A stretch of DNA of 20,792 nucleotides from an uncultured archaeon. GTDB taxonomy: Archaea; Iainarchaeota; Iainarchaeia; Iainarchaeales; 0-14-0-20-30-16. This document shows, in pieces, positions 1-7,748 of the stretch. Where the stretch lies: assembly GCA_964565725.1 (NCBI GenBank), contig CAZMGA010000010.1:1733-22524 (forward strand). Reading direction: 5' to 3'. Position 1 is the first letter of the stretch. Every line of letters begins with the position of its first letter. The notes under the pieces are model-generated. The model did no database searches. It saw only the letters and a program-made list of their open reading frames with translations, and had not been told where the DNA came from. Both the position numbers and the translations under genes were made by a program.

Positions 1-3000
1 AACAATGAAGGATTTATATTACCAAAATTACCATATCCTGAAAACATACTTTGATAATTTTGAACTCCTAAAATTACAGGATCAAAAGCATTACTACCCA
101 TGATAGTTCCATTTGAAGATATTATTTGTAAACATCTTGACAAATCACTAACAGAATTTTCTTTTTCTAACTTAGTAGTTATTTCTTGTAAACCATTATT
201 TGTAGGATAATAAGCTTTAATAGTAAAAATTACTTTTGAAGTCTCAGAAATTACATCACTAGACTCTTTAAAATTCAAATCAAAATTATTATTTCCTGTT
301 TTTAATACTTCAAATAATTCTAATCCTTCTTCTTTAATTTCTAATTTATCATTAGTATATTTACCTAATTCTTTACCATCCCATTCAACAAAGATTTTAA
401 CATTATTTAATTTTGCAGGGTTAGTATTATAATTACAATTATTAATTAAATTATATTCATCATCTTTTATATTTTTTAAAGTTAAACAATCAACAGAATC
501 TAAAGAATCTCCTAATTTTATATAAATATTCAAAGGGATTTTTGCATTCCAACTTGTGTTTACTTCTTCACTAGTTAAAACTAAATCTAAATATGTTGTA
601 AAAGATTTAGGTTCTAATAAATTTTCACCAAATTCAGTTAATTTTGCATTTAAATCCAAATTTATATTTCCATCAATATACATATTAGTATGTAAATTAG
701 TTTTTAATTCCATATATTTACCAAAAGAATTATCTACAAAACCAAATTTAGTTATTTTTAATTTATATGGTAAAGGTGTACTTAAATTTATAGTCTTAAA
801 TGCTTTATCATTATTTTCTTTATCAATAGAAAAAATTATTTCAGGTAAACTAGAAATTAAAATATTTTCATTTATTTTTATTTCTGAATTTATCACATTA
901 TAACTTGGAGCGCTCACATTAATTTTTAAAGTATCCCCAACATTAGGTTTTTGAATTTCAAAACTATATTGTCCAAAATCATTTGTTTTTCCACTACTTA
1001 ATAAAGTATCATTCAAATACAAATTTACTTTTGCATTATTAATTAAAGAATTATCATCTAAACTTTTAACTTCAATATATCCAGTATTATTTACAAAAGG
1101 AACAATTACTTTAGGATATAAATCAACAGTTAAATTATAAGGATTTTCTACACTTACAGTTATATCTTGTTCAAATAAAATTTCTGATTTATTTGATTCT
1201 AAACCTATTTTCAAAATACTATTTCCAGTTTTTGTAGTATTTATTTTAAAATTACCTATTAATTCAGCATTTTGATTAAATTCAGATAATTTTGCAATAT
1301 ATTTTGTACCTGATTTTTCAAATTTAATATTTGTATTATTTAAAGTTCCAACAACAGAAGAAATATCTAATGCGTTAGTTGAATCAATTACTAATTTTAA
1401 ATCTGTAAAATTAGTTTTTTTAGCATTAATTAAATTAAAATTAAAATTTGTTTCTGTATTATATGAAGAATATAATTCATCATAAACTTTTGTAGATACT
1501 AAATCATCAGTAGCAGTCATATCTATACAAGCAATATCTTTACAAATTAAATCTCCTGATTTTAAAGGGATAGACAAAGTATTTGCATAAAAGCTCATTT
1601 TTTCAGAAACACTTTCACTTTGCCCTAAAACAGTATCTAAAGGCAATCTAATAAAAGAACTTCCTGCTTTTAACATAGCCCTATAATTTAATCTAAATAA
1701 ACTAGCTTCACTATCATTAACTGAAAATTTAACTTTAACTAATGTAGCACCAGCATTAATTTTACTTAATTTAGATTGTATCCATAAAGCATCATCATTA
1801 GTTTTATTTTGAACATCTGTAGCATAACCATTAGGATAATTATAAGTTGTTCCTTTTACATTTGAACCATAAACTACTTCTACATCTTTCAATATAACAT
1901 CGCTTTCACCAAGATTTACAGCATTACCTAAAAAGAATAATTCTCCTTCTGAATAAGCAGTTTTTGGAACATTCAATACAAAAACAGCATAATATTCATT
2001 ATTTCTTAATACATTATAAGGTACAGAAGTTATTTCGCTACCATCAGCATTATAAATACCCAATAAATTAAAACTTAAATTAGTATTATATGCTGTAAAA
2101 TAAGTATTAATATTTACTGTTTGATTTGTTTCTAAATTTACAAATAAAGAATAACTTGCACCAGTATCACTATATGCTTTTGCATAAACTGTTTTATCAG
2201 CACTTATACCATAAAAATGAGCAATTCCTAATTCATCAGTTATAGTAGTATTTGATACTTTTTTATTAGAATATAAATCATATAAATCTACACTCAAATT
2301 AGTAATAGGCAAACCTTTTAAATCTAAAACTGAAACATCTACATTTCCCCTACCAACTATTAAATTAACATTAATTTTATTTATTTGTCTAATATCTAAA
2401 ATTAAAGGGGTAGAAGTTTGTGAATAATCACCTTTATTTACTACAACATAATATGCAACATTAGATTCTAATCTATCAAATACAACTGAACCTTCGGCAC
2501 CAGTTAATTTTGTAGAAATTAAAGCTTCATCTTTGTATAATTTCACAGTAGCATTTGCAGAAATTTCATCATTAGCTGTAACATTAACTGTTAGAGAAAC
2601 ATTATCTTTAACAGGTTGTAATATAATATTTAAAGGTACATCAGAAACAGTAATTTTACTATTATAATACATATATCTTGCATCATCAACTACAATATTG
2701 TATTCTCCCAATTCACTAACAGGTAATTCAAATAAACCTTTATCAGATTCTAATAAAATATATTCTTTTAAAATATAATTATTTTTAGAAATAATTATTT
2801 TTGCACCATTAACTGTAGAAACACTATCCATTACTTTTACTTTTAATTTACCTACATTAGTATTTGATAATTGTACTCTACAACTTATAGTATTATTTTC
2901 TATAACCTCTCTATTACATTCTGAATCAACATTAATAGTATTTAATACACTATATTGTCCTTCAGGATCATTAATAATAAAATAATATTCTTTATTTGCA

Positions 3001-3869
3001 GGCAATTCTAAATTTATAGTTCCCGATTCATCAGTATAACCTTGACCTTGTAGATTATCATTGGAAACAAAATAAGCAGAAACTTCCATATTTGGCAAAA
3101 TTTCATTATTCATGTTTTCAACAGTTATACTTACATTTCCTTTTATTTTTTCAGAATCAACTACAACAGTTAAATCACCATTCAAAGATAAATCTTTTTC
3201 AATATTATATTCTTCTGATGAAATATGTATACTTTTACAGTCGTTAGGTAAATTAGTTAAGTCTAAAGTACCATTATTTACAGTATATATATCATTATAA
3301 TCTATTTCATTACAACTTACATTTAATTCTATTAATTCAGAAAACATAGCTGTTGTATCTTCATCTTTATATAATGTTAAAATTTTGTTAGATAATAAAT
3401 TAGATGAATCTAAAACATAAATAATATAATCAGAATCTTCTTCAAAAATTAATTGATCAGTTGAATCTAATATATAATTATCATTTAATAATTTTAAAGA
3501 AACAATTTCATTTTTCGGAACTCTCATTTTAATATATCCCGAATAATCAGTAGTTTCTGTTATATAATCGTTGCCATAAGATAATTTTACTTCTAAATTT
3601 GGCACTGCAACATTATTTGTGGTGTCTATAAAATATAAATTTGCAGTTATACTTTGGTGTCCTACAACCCCAGTAAAAAACAAGATTAAAAATATAATCA
3701 AACATAATACAAGAATATTAAAAATCCCCATAAAAACAACAGGATTTATGTTTTTTTCTTGCAACCAATTGTCAATCTTATAAGGAAAATGCATTCCTTT
3801 TGAATCAAACCAATCTAACAAAGCATAATGCTTTTCTTCTAACTTGTAATATAAGTCAGATAATCCCAT
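1..3869 (-). CDS. Giant membrane-anchored surface protein, N-terminal 1289 codons (C-terminus lies beyond the window start); tandem carboxypeptidase-regulatory-like / Ig-like beta-sandwich repeats
   Basis: The ORF track misses it because its stop lies outside the window. Reading the reverse complement from ATG 3869-3867 stays open to position 3. I checked plus-strand triplets in register 3,6,9... for tta/cta/tca over 3-62, 600-659, 900-962, 1980-2042 and 3240-3302 and found none; the rest I translated by eye without meeting a stop. The N-terminus is MGLSDLYYKLEEKHYALLDWFDSKGMHFPYKIDNWLQEKNINPVVFMGIFNILVLCLIIFLILFFTGVVGHQS, with one TM helix at about nt 3740-3663. Repeat units follow, e.g. GNVSITVENMNNEILPNMEVSAYFVSNDNLQGQGYTDESGTINLELPANKEYYFIINDPEGQY. 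GGTG (3876-3879) sits 6 nt upstream of the ATG and a TATA-like run lies at 3882-3893. Confidence 0.85.
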   Translation of the reverse strand, partial: MGLSDLYYKLEEKHYALLDWFDSKGMHFPYKIDNWLQEKNINPVVFMGIFNILVLCLIIFLILFFTGVVGHQSITANLYFIDTTNNVAVPNLEVKLSYGNDYITETTDYSGYIKMRVPKNEIVSLKLLNDNYILDSTDQLIFEEDSDYIIYVLDSSNLLSNKILTLYKDEDTTAMFSELIELNVSCNEIDYNDIYTVNNGTLDLTNLPNDCKSIHISSEEYNIEKDLSLNGDLTVVVDSEKIKGNVSITVENMNNEILPNMEVSAYFVSNDNLQGQGYTDESGTINLELPANKEYYFIINDPEGQYSVLNTINVDSECNREVIENNTISCRVQLSNTNVGKLKVKVMDSVSTVNGAKIIISKNNYILKEYILLESDKGLFELPVSELGEYNIVVDDARYMYYNSKITVSDVPLNIILQPVKDNVSLTVNVTANDEISANATVKLYKDEALISTKLTGAEGSVVFDRLESNVAYYVVVNKGDYSQTSTPLILDIRQINKINVNLIVGRGNVDVSVLDLKGLPITNLSVDLYDLYSNKKVSNTTITDELGIAHFYGISADKTVYAKAYSDTGASYSLFVNLETNQTVNINTYFTAYNTNLSFNLLGIYNADGSEITSVPYNVLRNNEYYAVFVLNVPKTAYSEGELFFLGNAVNLGESDVILKDVEVVYGSNVKGTTYNYPNGYATDVQNKTNDDALWIQSKLSKINAGATLVKVKFSVNDSEASLFRLNYRAMLKAGSSFIRLPLDTVLGQSESVSEKMSFYANTLSIPLKSGDLICKDIACIDMTATDDLVSTKVYDELYSSYNTETNFNFNLINAKKTNFTDLKLVIDSTNALDISSVVGTLNNTNIKFEKSGTKYIAKLSEFNQNAELIGNFKINTTKTGNSILKIGLESNKSEILFEQDITVSVENPYNLTVDLYPKVIVPFVNNTGYIEVKSLDDNSLINNAKVNLYLNDTLLSSGKTNDFGQYSFEIQKPNVGDTLKINVSAPSYNVINSEIKINENILISSLPEIIFSIDKENNDKAFKTINLSTPLPYKLKITKFGFVDNSFGKYMELKTNLHTNMYIDGNINLDLNAKLTEFGENLLEPKSFTTYLDLVLTSEEVNTSWNAKIPLNIYIKLGDSLDSVDCLTLKNIKDDEYNLINNCNYNTNPAKLNNVKIFVEWDGKELGKYTNDKLEIKEEGLELFEVLKTGNNNFDLNFKESSDVISETSKVIFTIKAYYPTNNGLQEITTKLEKENSVSDLSRCLQIISSNGTIMGSNAFDPVILGVQNYQSMFSGYGNFGNINPSL

Positions 3870-3965
3870 ATACAACACCACTAATATATATATGACTACA
3901 AAAGCTTTTAAATACTTCACTCAAAAGGAGAATAATTTATAATCCTTTTGATCTTTTGTAATTAT
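3870..3965. promoter_or_regulatory. Divergent promoter region between the giant surface-protein gene (minus) and the DUF192 gene (plus)
   Basis: A 96-nt A/T-rich spacer. TATA-like TTTATAAT (3936-3943) is centred about 27 nt upstream of ATG 3966, the usual archaeal TATA-to-TSS distance, which would imply a leaderless mRNA. ATATATATATTA on the minus strand (3882-3893) lies upstream of ATG 3869. No experimental support. Confidence 0.35.
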
Positions 3966-4310
3966 ATGTTAAATATAAATAAGAATAAATATATAAATAT
4001 AGAGCTTAAATTTGCAAAGAATTGGTTTCAAAAGGGAATAGGATTAATGTTTTTAAATCCAAAAAAATTTGACTTTGGTTTAGTATTTGAATTAAGGAAA
4101 CAAAAAAAATATTCTAACTCAATACATATGCTTTTTGTATTTATGCCTATATTAGCAATATTTTTAGATAACAATAAAAAAATTGTAGACAAAAAAATAT
4201 TAAAACCATTTAATTTACGTTATACTCCTAAAAAATCTTGCACTTATTTAATAGAACTACCTATAACACATAAAAATAATTTTAAAATAAATGATAAATT
4301 AAATTGGTAA
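3966..4310 (+). CDS. UPF0127 / DUF192 (COG1430) family protein
   Basis: The ORF-track ORF 3948-4310 opens with TTG; the first ATG is at 3966. KGIGLMF, SIHMLFVFMPILAIFLDNNKKIVDKKILKPF and CTYLIELP fit the DUF192 pattern (GLM-aromatic ... M.M ... ipLDi.Fld..g.v ... y.lEl). Confidence 0.7.
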   Translation: MLNINKNKYINIELKFAKNWFQKGIGLMFLNPKKFDFGLVFELRKQKKYSNSIHMLFVFMPILAIFLDNNKKIVDKKILKPFNLRYTPKKSCTYLIELPITHKNNFKINDKLNW

Positions 4311-4341
4311 GATTCATATATATTTGTGTTTTTTATAGTAT

Positions 4342-4899
4342 ATGGTTTCTTTATTATCATTAAGAAAGGCAGTAAACAAAATGATGCCTTATATTTTATT
4401 AGCTTTATTAATCCTTTTAGGTATAGATTTATTTTTTAAAACACATAATGAAAATGTAAAAATCATTTTAGAAATTTTAGATTCTGCAATAATAATTATT
4501 TTTATATTTGATTTAATACTTTTGTTTAAAGAATCAAAAGACATAAGATTTTTCTTCAAAAATTATTGGTTAGATATTATAGCTGTTTTACCATTTGGTT
4601 TAATTTTTAGAACTGCAGATAGTGTTTTGAAAATTGGTTTAGAGGTTGAAAAAATAGTTGCTGGTCAAAAGGTAGTTCATGAATTAGTAAAAGGAGAAGA
4701 TTTAATTAAGTTTTTTTCAAGACTTTTAGAAAAAATTAAAATATTTGAATTTTTAGGAAAATTTACAAAAGGATTTAGATTCATACCTAAAACAATAAAA
4801 TATATTAAAAAAACTGATTCTTTTGCAAAGCTACACGATATTTTTTATTACAACAAATTAGATTATGAATTACCAGAAAAATTTAGATTTAAAAGATAA
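4342..4899 (+). CDS. Membrane protein resembling the S1-S4 voltage-sensor portion of Ion_trans channels, with no pore domain
   Basis: 185 aa. Hydrophobic helices at MMPYILLALLILLGIDLFF, IILEILDSAIIIIFIFDLILLF and NYWLDIIAVLPFGLIF (an acidic residue followed by LP, as in S3). A later segment, KFTKGFRFIPKTIKYIKK, carries a basic residue at about every third position. The ORF ends 3 nt before the convergent aspS stop, leaving no room for S5-P-S6. Confidence 0.55.
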   Translation: MVSLLSLRKAVNKMMPYILLALLILLGIDLFFKTHNENVKIILEILDSAIIIIFIFDLILLFKESKDIRFFFKNYWLDIIAVLPFGLIFRTADSVLKIGLEVEKIVAGQKVVHELVKGEDLIKFFSRLLEKIKIFEFLGKFTKGFRFIPKTIKYIKKTDSFAKLHDIFYYNKLDYELPEKFRFKR

Positions 4900-4902
4900 A
4901 TT

Positions 4903-6189
4903 TTAAGGTAATAATCTATCAGGATCTCTAGGAAATAAAACAGCTTCTTTAGTGTTTTCTAAATCAGTCATTCTTCCAACTATTCTATCTAAACCCATTC
5001 CAAATCCACCATGACTTGGACAACCATATTTTAATAGTTTAGAATATTCTTTTAATTGTTCTAAATCTAATCCTTTTGCTTCTGCTTGTTTTAAAAATAA
5101 ATCTAATTTATGTTCTCTAATTGCACCAGTAGTTATTTCTTGTCCTTTATACAACAAATCAAAAGAGTTAGTTGTTTTATTATCTGAATTATAATTATGA
5201 TAAAAAGGTCTACAAGAAATTGGATAATCAATTACAAAAACAAAATCACTTTTATAGTTTTCCAAAAAATGTTTTCCTAATATAGCTTCAGCTTCTGGAT
5301 CTAAATCATCATCATAAATTTTTTTATTATAATTTTTTTCCAACAATTCTAAAGCATCATAAAATTTTATTATAGGAAATTTTTCAGAAACATTAAAAAT
5401 AATATTCATTTCTTTTAACAATTCAAAATCATTGCTTTGTAATTGTTTAATAATATATTTAAACATGTTTTCTGCAACATTAGTAATATCAGATAAATCT
5501 TTAACAAAAGATAGTTCTGCATCTAAACCAGTAAACTCAGTTAAATGTCTTGATGTTCTACTTTTTTCAGCTCTAAATACAGCTCCTAATTCATATATTT
5601 TTTCAAACCCCGCTGATTGCAACATTTGCTTATAAACTTGTGGACTTTGTGATAAGTATGCTATTTTACCCATATAATCTATTTTAAATAAACTAGCCCC
5701 ACTTTCTGCACCTATAGTTGTAATTTTAGGCGTGTTTACAGCAATAAAATTTTCCTTTTGAAAATATTCATTAACATAACCTATAATTTTACTTCTTAAA
5801 ATAAAAATATTCATATTTTTTCTTTGTCTCAAATCTAAAAATCTATTATCAAACCTAGTAGATAAATCAGATTCTATTTTACCAGAAATATCAATTGGCA
5901 AAGCATCAGATTTAGTTTCAATTACTAACTCTTTTAATAAAATTTCAAAACCATTTCTTGCTTGTTCACTTAATTTTACAATTCCTTTAACATTTACAAC
6001 ACTTTCAATAGTTATTTTATTTAAATCATCAAAATTAGAAAATTCTTTTTTCTTAGCAATTACTTGCAAAGTACCTTCTCTTCTTCTTAAAATAATAAAT
6101 GCCAAATTACCCAATAATCTCAATTCTTCTACAAAACCAGAAATTTCAATTTCGTTATCTACATTTTTTTTTAAATTTTCAAAAGCCAT
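4903..6189 (-). CDS. aspS: Aspartyl-tRNA synthetase, archaeal/eukaryal type (class IIb)
   Basis: OB-fold N-terminus (ISGFVEELRLLGNLAFIILRRREGTLQV), QSPQVYKQ, motif 2 FRAEKSRTSRHLTEFTGLDAELSF, motif 3 GGFGMGLDRIVGRMT, and C-terminal FPRDPDRLLP. The ORF track starts at 6222, but GGTGAT (6193-6198) lies 3 nt upstream of ATG 6189 (MAFENLKK...), so 6189 is preferred. Confidence 0.93.
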   Translation of the reverse strand: MAFENLKKNVDNEIEISGFVEELRLLGNLAFIILRRREGTLQVIAKKKEFSNFDDLNKITIESVVNVKGIVKLSEQARNGFEILLKELVIETKSDALPIDISGKIESDLSTRFDNRFLDLRQRKNMNIFILRSKIIGYVNEYFQKENFIAVNTPKITTIGAESGASLFKIDYMGKIAYLSQSPQVYKQMLQSAGFEKIYELGAVFRAEKSRTSRHLTEFTGLDAELSFVKDLSDITNVAENMFKYIIKQLQSNDFELLKEMNIIFNVSEKFPIIKFYDALELLEKNYNKKIYDDDLDPEAEAILGKHFLENYKSDFVFVIDYPISCRPFYHNYNSDNKTTNSFDLLYKGQEITTGAIREHKLDLFLKQAEAKGLDLEQLKEYSKLLKYGCPSHGGFGMGLDRIVGRMTDLENTKEAVLFPRDPDRLLP

Positions 6190-6269
6190 ATAATCACCAG
6201 TATAATATAAATTATATAACATAAAAGAATTTATAAATCATAAACTTTAAAAAAAGATTAAAAAAACTA

Positions 6270-6551
6270 TTATCTTAATCTAGGTCTTTTTCCAGAAATG
6301 CTTGTAGGTTTTTTTGATTTAGGTTTTAAAGATTCTTTAGGTTTAAATCCATAAGAGATTCGTCCATTAATTCCCAAATCTATTTTTCCATGCTTCTTAA
6401 CATACTCTTTATATCTTGATTCCCACGCACTAAATTCTGTTTTTAATTTAGCAAAAATTTTTGGATCTGTAGAACCAGTTGTAGAATTAATTCTTGCTTT
6501 TAATTCTCTAAATTTATTATATAAATACTCTCGCTCTTCAATTGCATTCAT
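6270..6551 (-). CDS. Hypothetical small protein with a Lys/Arg-rich C-terminal tail
   Basis: 93-aa ORF. AGTGAT (6555-6560) lies 3 nt upstream of the ATG, and the start is 7 nt downstream of the preceding gene's stop. I recognise no family; the tail is KPKESLKPKSKKPTSISGKRPRLR. Confidence 0.6.
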   Translation of the reverse strand: MNAIEEREYLYNKFRELKARINSTTGSTDPKIFAKLKTEFSAWESRYKEYVKKHGKIDLGINGRISYGFKPKESLKPKSKKPTSISGKRPRLR

Positions 6552-6558
6552 AATATCA

Positions 6559-7095
6559 CTATAAATATAAATTTAATATATTTTTTAAACTTTTTGTTTT
6601 TTCATTTTCATTTGAAATAAATATATTTTCATCTTTTATTTCTGGCAAATATTTCCATACTTTTTTGAATCCGTTTTTTTTAACATCTTCAATATATTGT
6701 TTTAAAATAGGATAAAAAACTCTAGGATTTTCTTTTTTTAATAAATTATTTTTATCCAATTTACAAAAAGAATATTCTTCATCATAATATTTATAATTGG
6801 GAAATAGTTTACACAATAAAGGGCGTTTTAAATAAATACTACATTCATCATTTTTTAAAAATATACACCCATTATTTTGTTTTAAAGCCAAACTTAAAAA
6901 AAAAGTTTTATTATCAATTTTAAAAAAATTATCATTAGTTATATCATAAAATTCAATATAATAATCCAAATATTTTTCAACAAAATCATTATAATTAATT
7001 TTTAATTTTCTTGCAATTGCTTTAACTTCATCTGGAAATAGATAAATTTTATATTTTTTACAGCATAATGAACAACCATTACATAAATTAGTCAT
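6559..7095 (-). CDS. YkgJ-family Cys-cluster protein (CxxCxxCC, putative Zn/Fe-chelating domain, UPF0153)
   Basis: N-terminal CNGCSLCC, then GCIFLKNDECSIYLKRPLLCKLFP. This matches the CxxCxxCC ... C.f ... C.iY..RP..C..fP pattern. Confidence 0.8.
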   Translation of the reverse strand: MTNLCNGCSLCCKKYKIYLFPDEVKAIARKLKINYNDFVEKYLDYYIEFYDITNDNFFKIDNKTFFLSLALKQNNGCIFLKNDECSIYLKRPLLCKLFPNYKYYDEEYSFCKLDKNNLLKKENPRVFYPILKQYIEDVKKNGFKKVWKYLPEIKDENIFISNENEKTKSLKNILNLYL

Positions 7096-7110
7096 AATAA
7101 AAAACCCATA

Positions 7111-7644
7111 TTATTTTAAAACTTCATACAATTCTTTATTTAAAATAATTTTATTTACTTTACCTAAATTTTGTTTATATATGATTTCTTTATTCTCTAA
7201 ATTTAACAATATTCTATGAGCTTTAATTTTTGAAACACCTTCTAATCTATTTAACTCATATTGATAGATTTCACCATTATTACTTATAATTTTTTCTATT
7301 ATTTGTTTTTCTTCTTTACTTAAAAAATTTAATATGATCTTTGTATTTTTCTTTTGAACGTTTTCGGTTTTAATTAATTTATTAGACAAGAAATAAAATA
7401 TTATTGCTCCAGCTAATAAACCAAAAAAACCCATTATCCCAAAAGCATAAATCCCATTCATAAATCTATTATCAGGGGGTTTCATTCTATTAAAATCATT
7501 AAAGTTATAATCTTTTAAATCAGATTTATTTATTTGTACAGTATTATTTATTTGTTTATAACTAATTAAAAAAATAATTAAAAAAATAATTATTACAAAA
7601 ACAAATATTAAAAGCACATTAAATCTATTTTTTAAAAAAGTCAT
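7111..7644 (-). CDS. Membrane-tethered winged-helix transcriptional regulator (2 TM helices + C-terminal wHTH; COG2512-like architecture)
   Basis: TM1 NVLLIFVFVIIIFLIIFLISY, a loop of about 45 aa, TM2 IYAFGIMGFFGLLAGAIIFYFL, then LSKEEKQIIEKIISNNGEIYQYELNRLEGVSKIKAHRILLNLENKEIIYKQNLGKVNKIIL (wHTH pattern). The ORF track extends to 7749, but that extension translates the A/T repeat array and overlaps the divergent gene. ATG 7644 (MTFLKNRF...) is preferred. Confidence 0.75.
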   Translation of the reverse strand: MTFLKNRFNVLLIFVFVIIIFLIIFLISYKQINNTVQINKSDLKDYNFNDFNRMKPPDNRFMNGIYAFGIMGFFGLLAGAIIFYFLSNKLIKTENVQKKNTKIILNFLSKEEKQIIEKIISNNGEIYQYELNRLEGVSKIKAHRILLNLENKEIIYKQNLGKVNKIILNKELYEVLK

Positions 7645-7668
7645 AATTATATAAAGGACATTTAATTT

Positions 7669-7748
7669 AAAAAACAATCGTTTCAAAAAAAAGAAACTAA
7701 GTTTCACAAAAAAAACAATCGTTTCAAAAATTAATATATATGGTTTCA
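7669..7748. promoter_or_regulatory. Candidate operator array: 21-nt perfect direct repeat x2, central GAAAC-N3-GTTTC palindrome, four GTTTCA motifs phased at about 21 bp
   Basis: AAAAAACAATCGTTTCAAAAA occurs at 7669-7689 and 7710-7730. GAACTAAGTTTC-type palindrome GAAACTAAGTTTC lies at 7693-7705. GTTTCA occurs at 7680, 7701, 7721 and 7743. TATA-like TTAATATATA lies at 7731-7740. The array sits between divergent genes, one of which encodes a wHTH protein. Confidence 0.5.

Noticed and set aside
556-903. 115-aa plus-strand ORF from the track
   Set aside because: It lies wholly antisense to the long open minus-strand frame of the giant surface protein. Its translation is low-complexity F/I/K/L-rich, as expected from AT-rich antisense sequence, and it has no SD or TATA context.
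3112-3300. 62-aa plus-strand ORF from the track
   Set aside because: It is antisense to a well-formed beta-sandwich repeat of the giant minus-strand ORF, and I recognise no motif in it.
5432-5635. 67-aa plus-strand ORF inside aspS
   Set aside because: It is antisense to the catalytic core of AspRS (the motif 2 region), so it is an AT-bias artefact.
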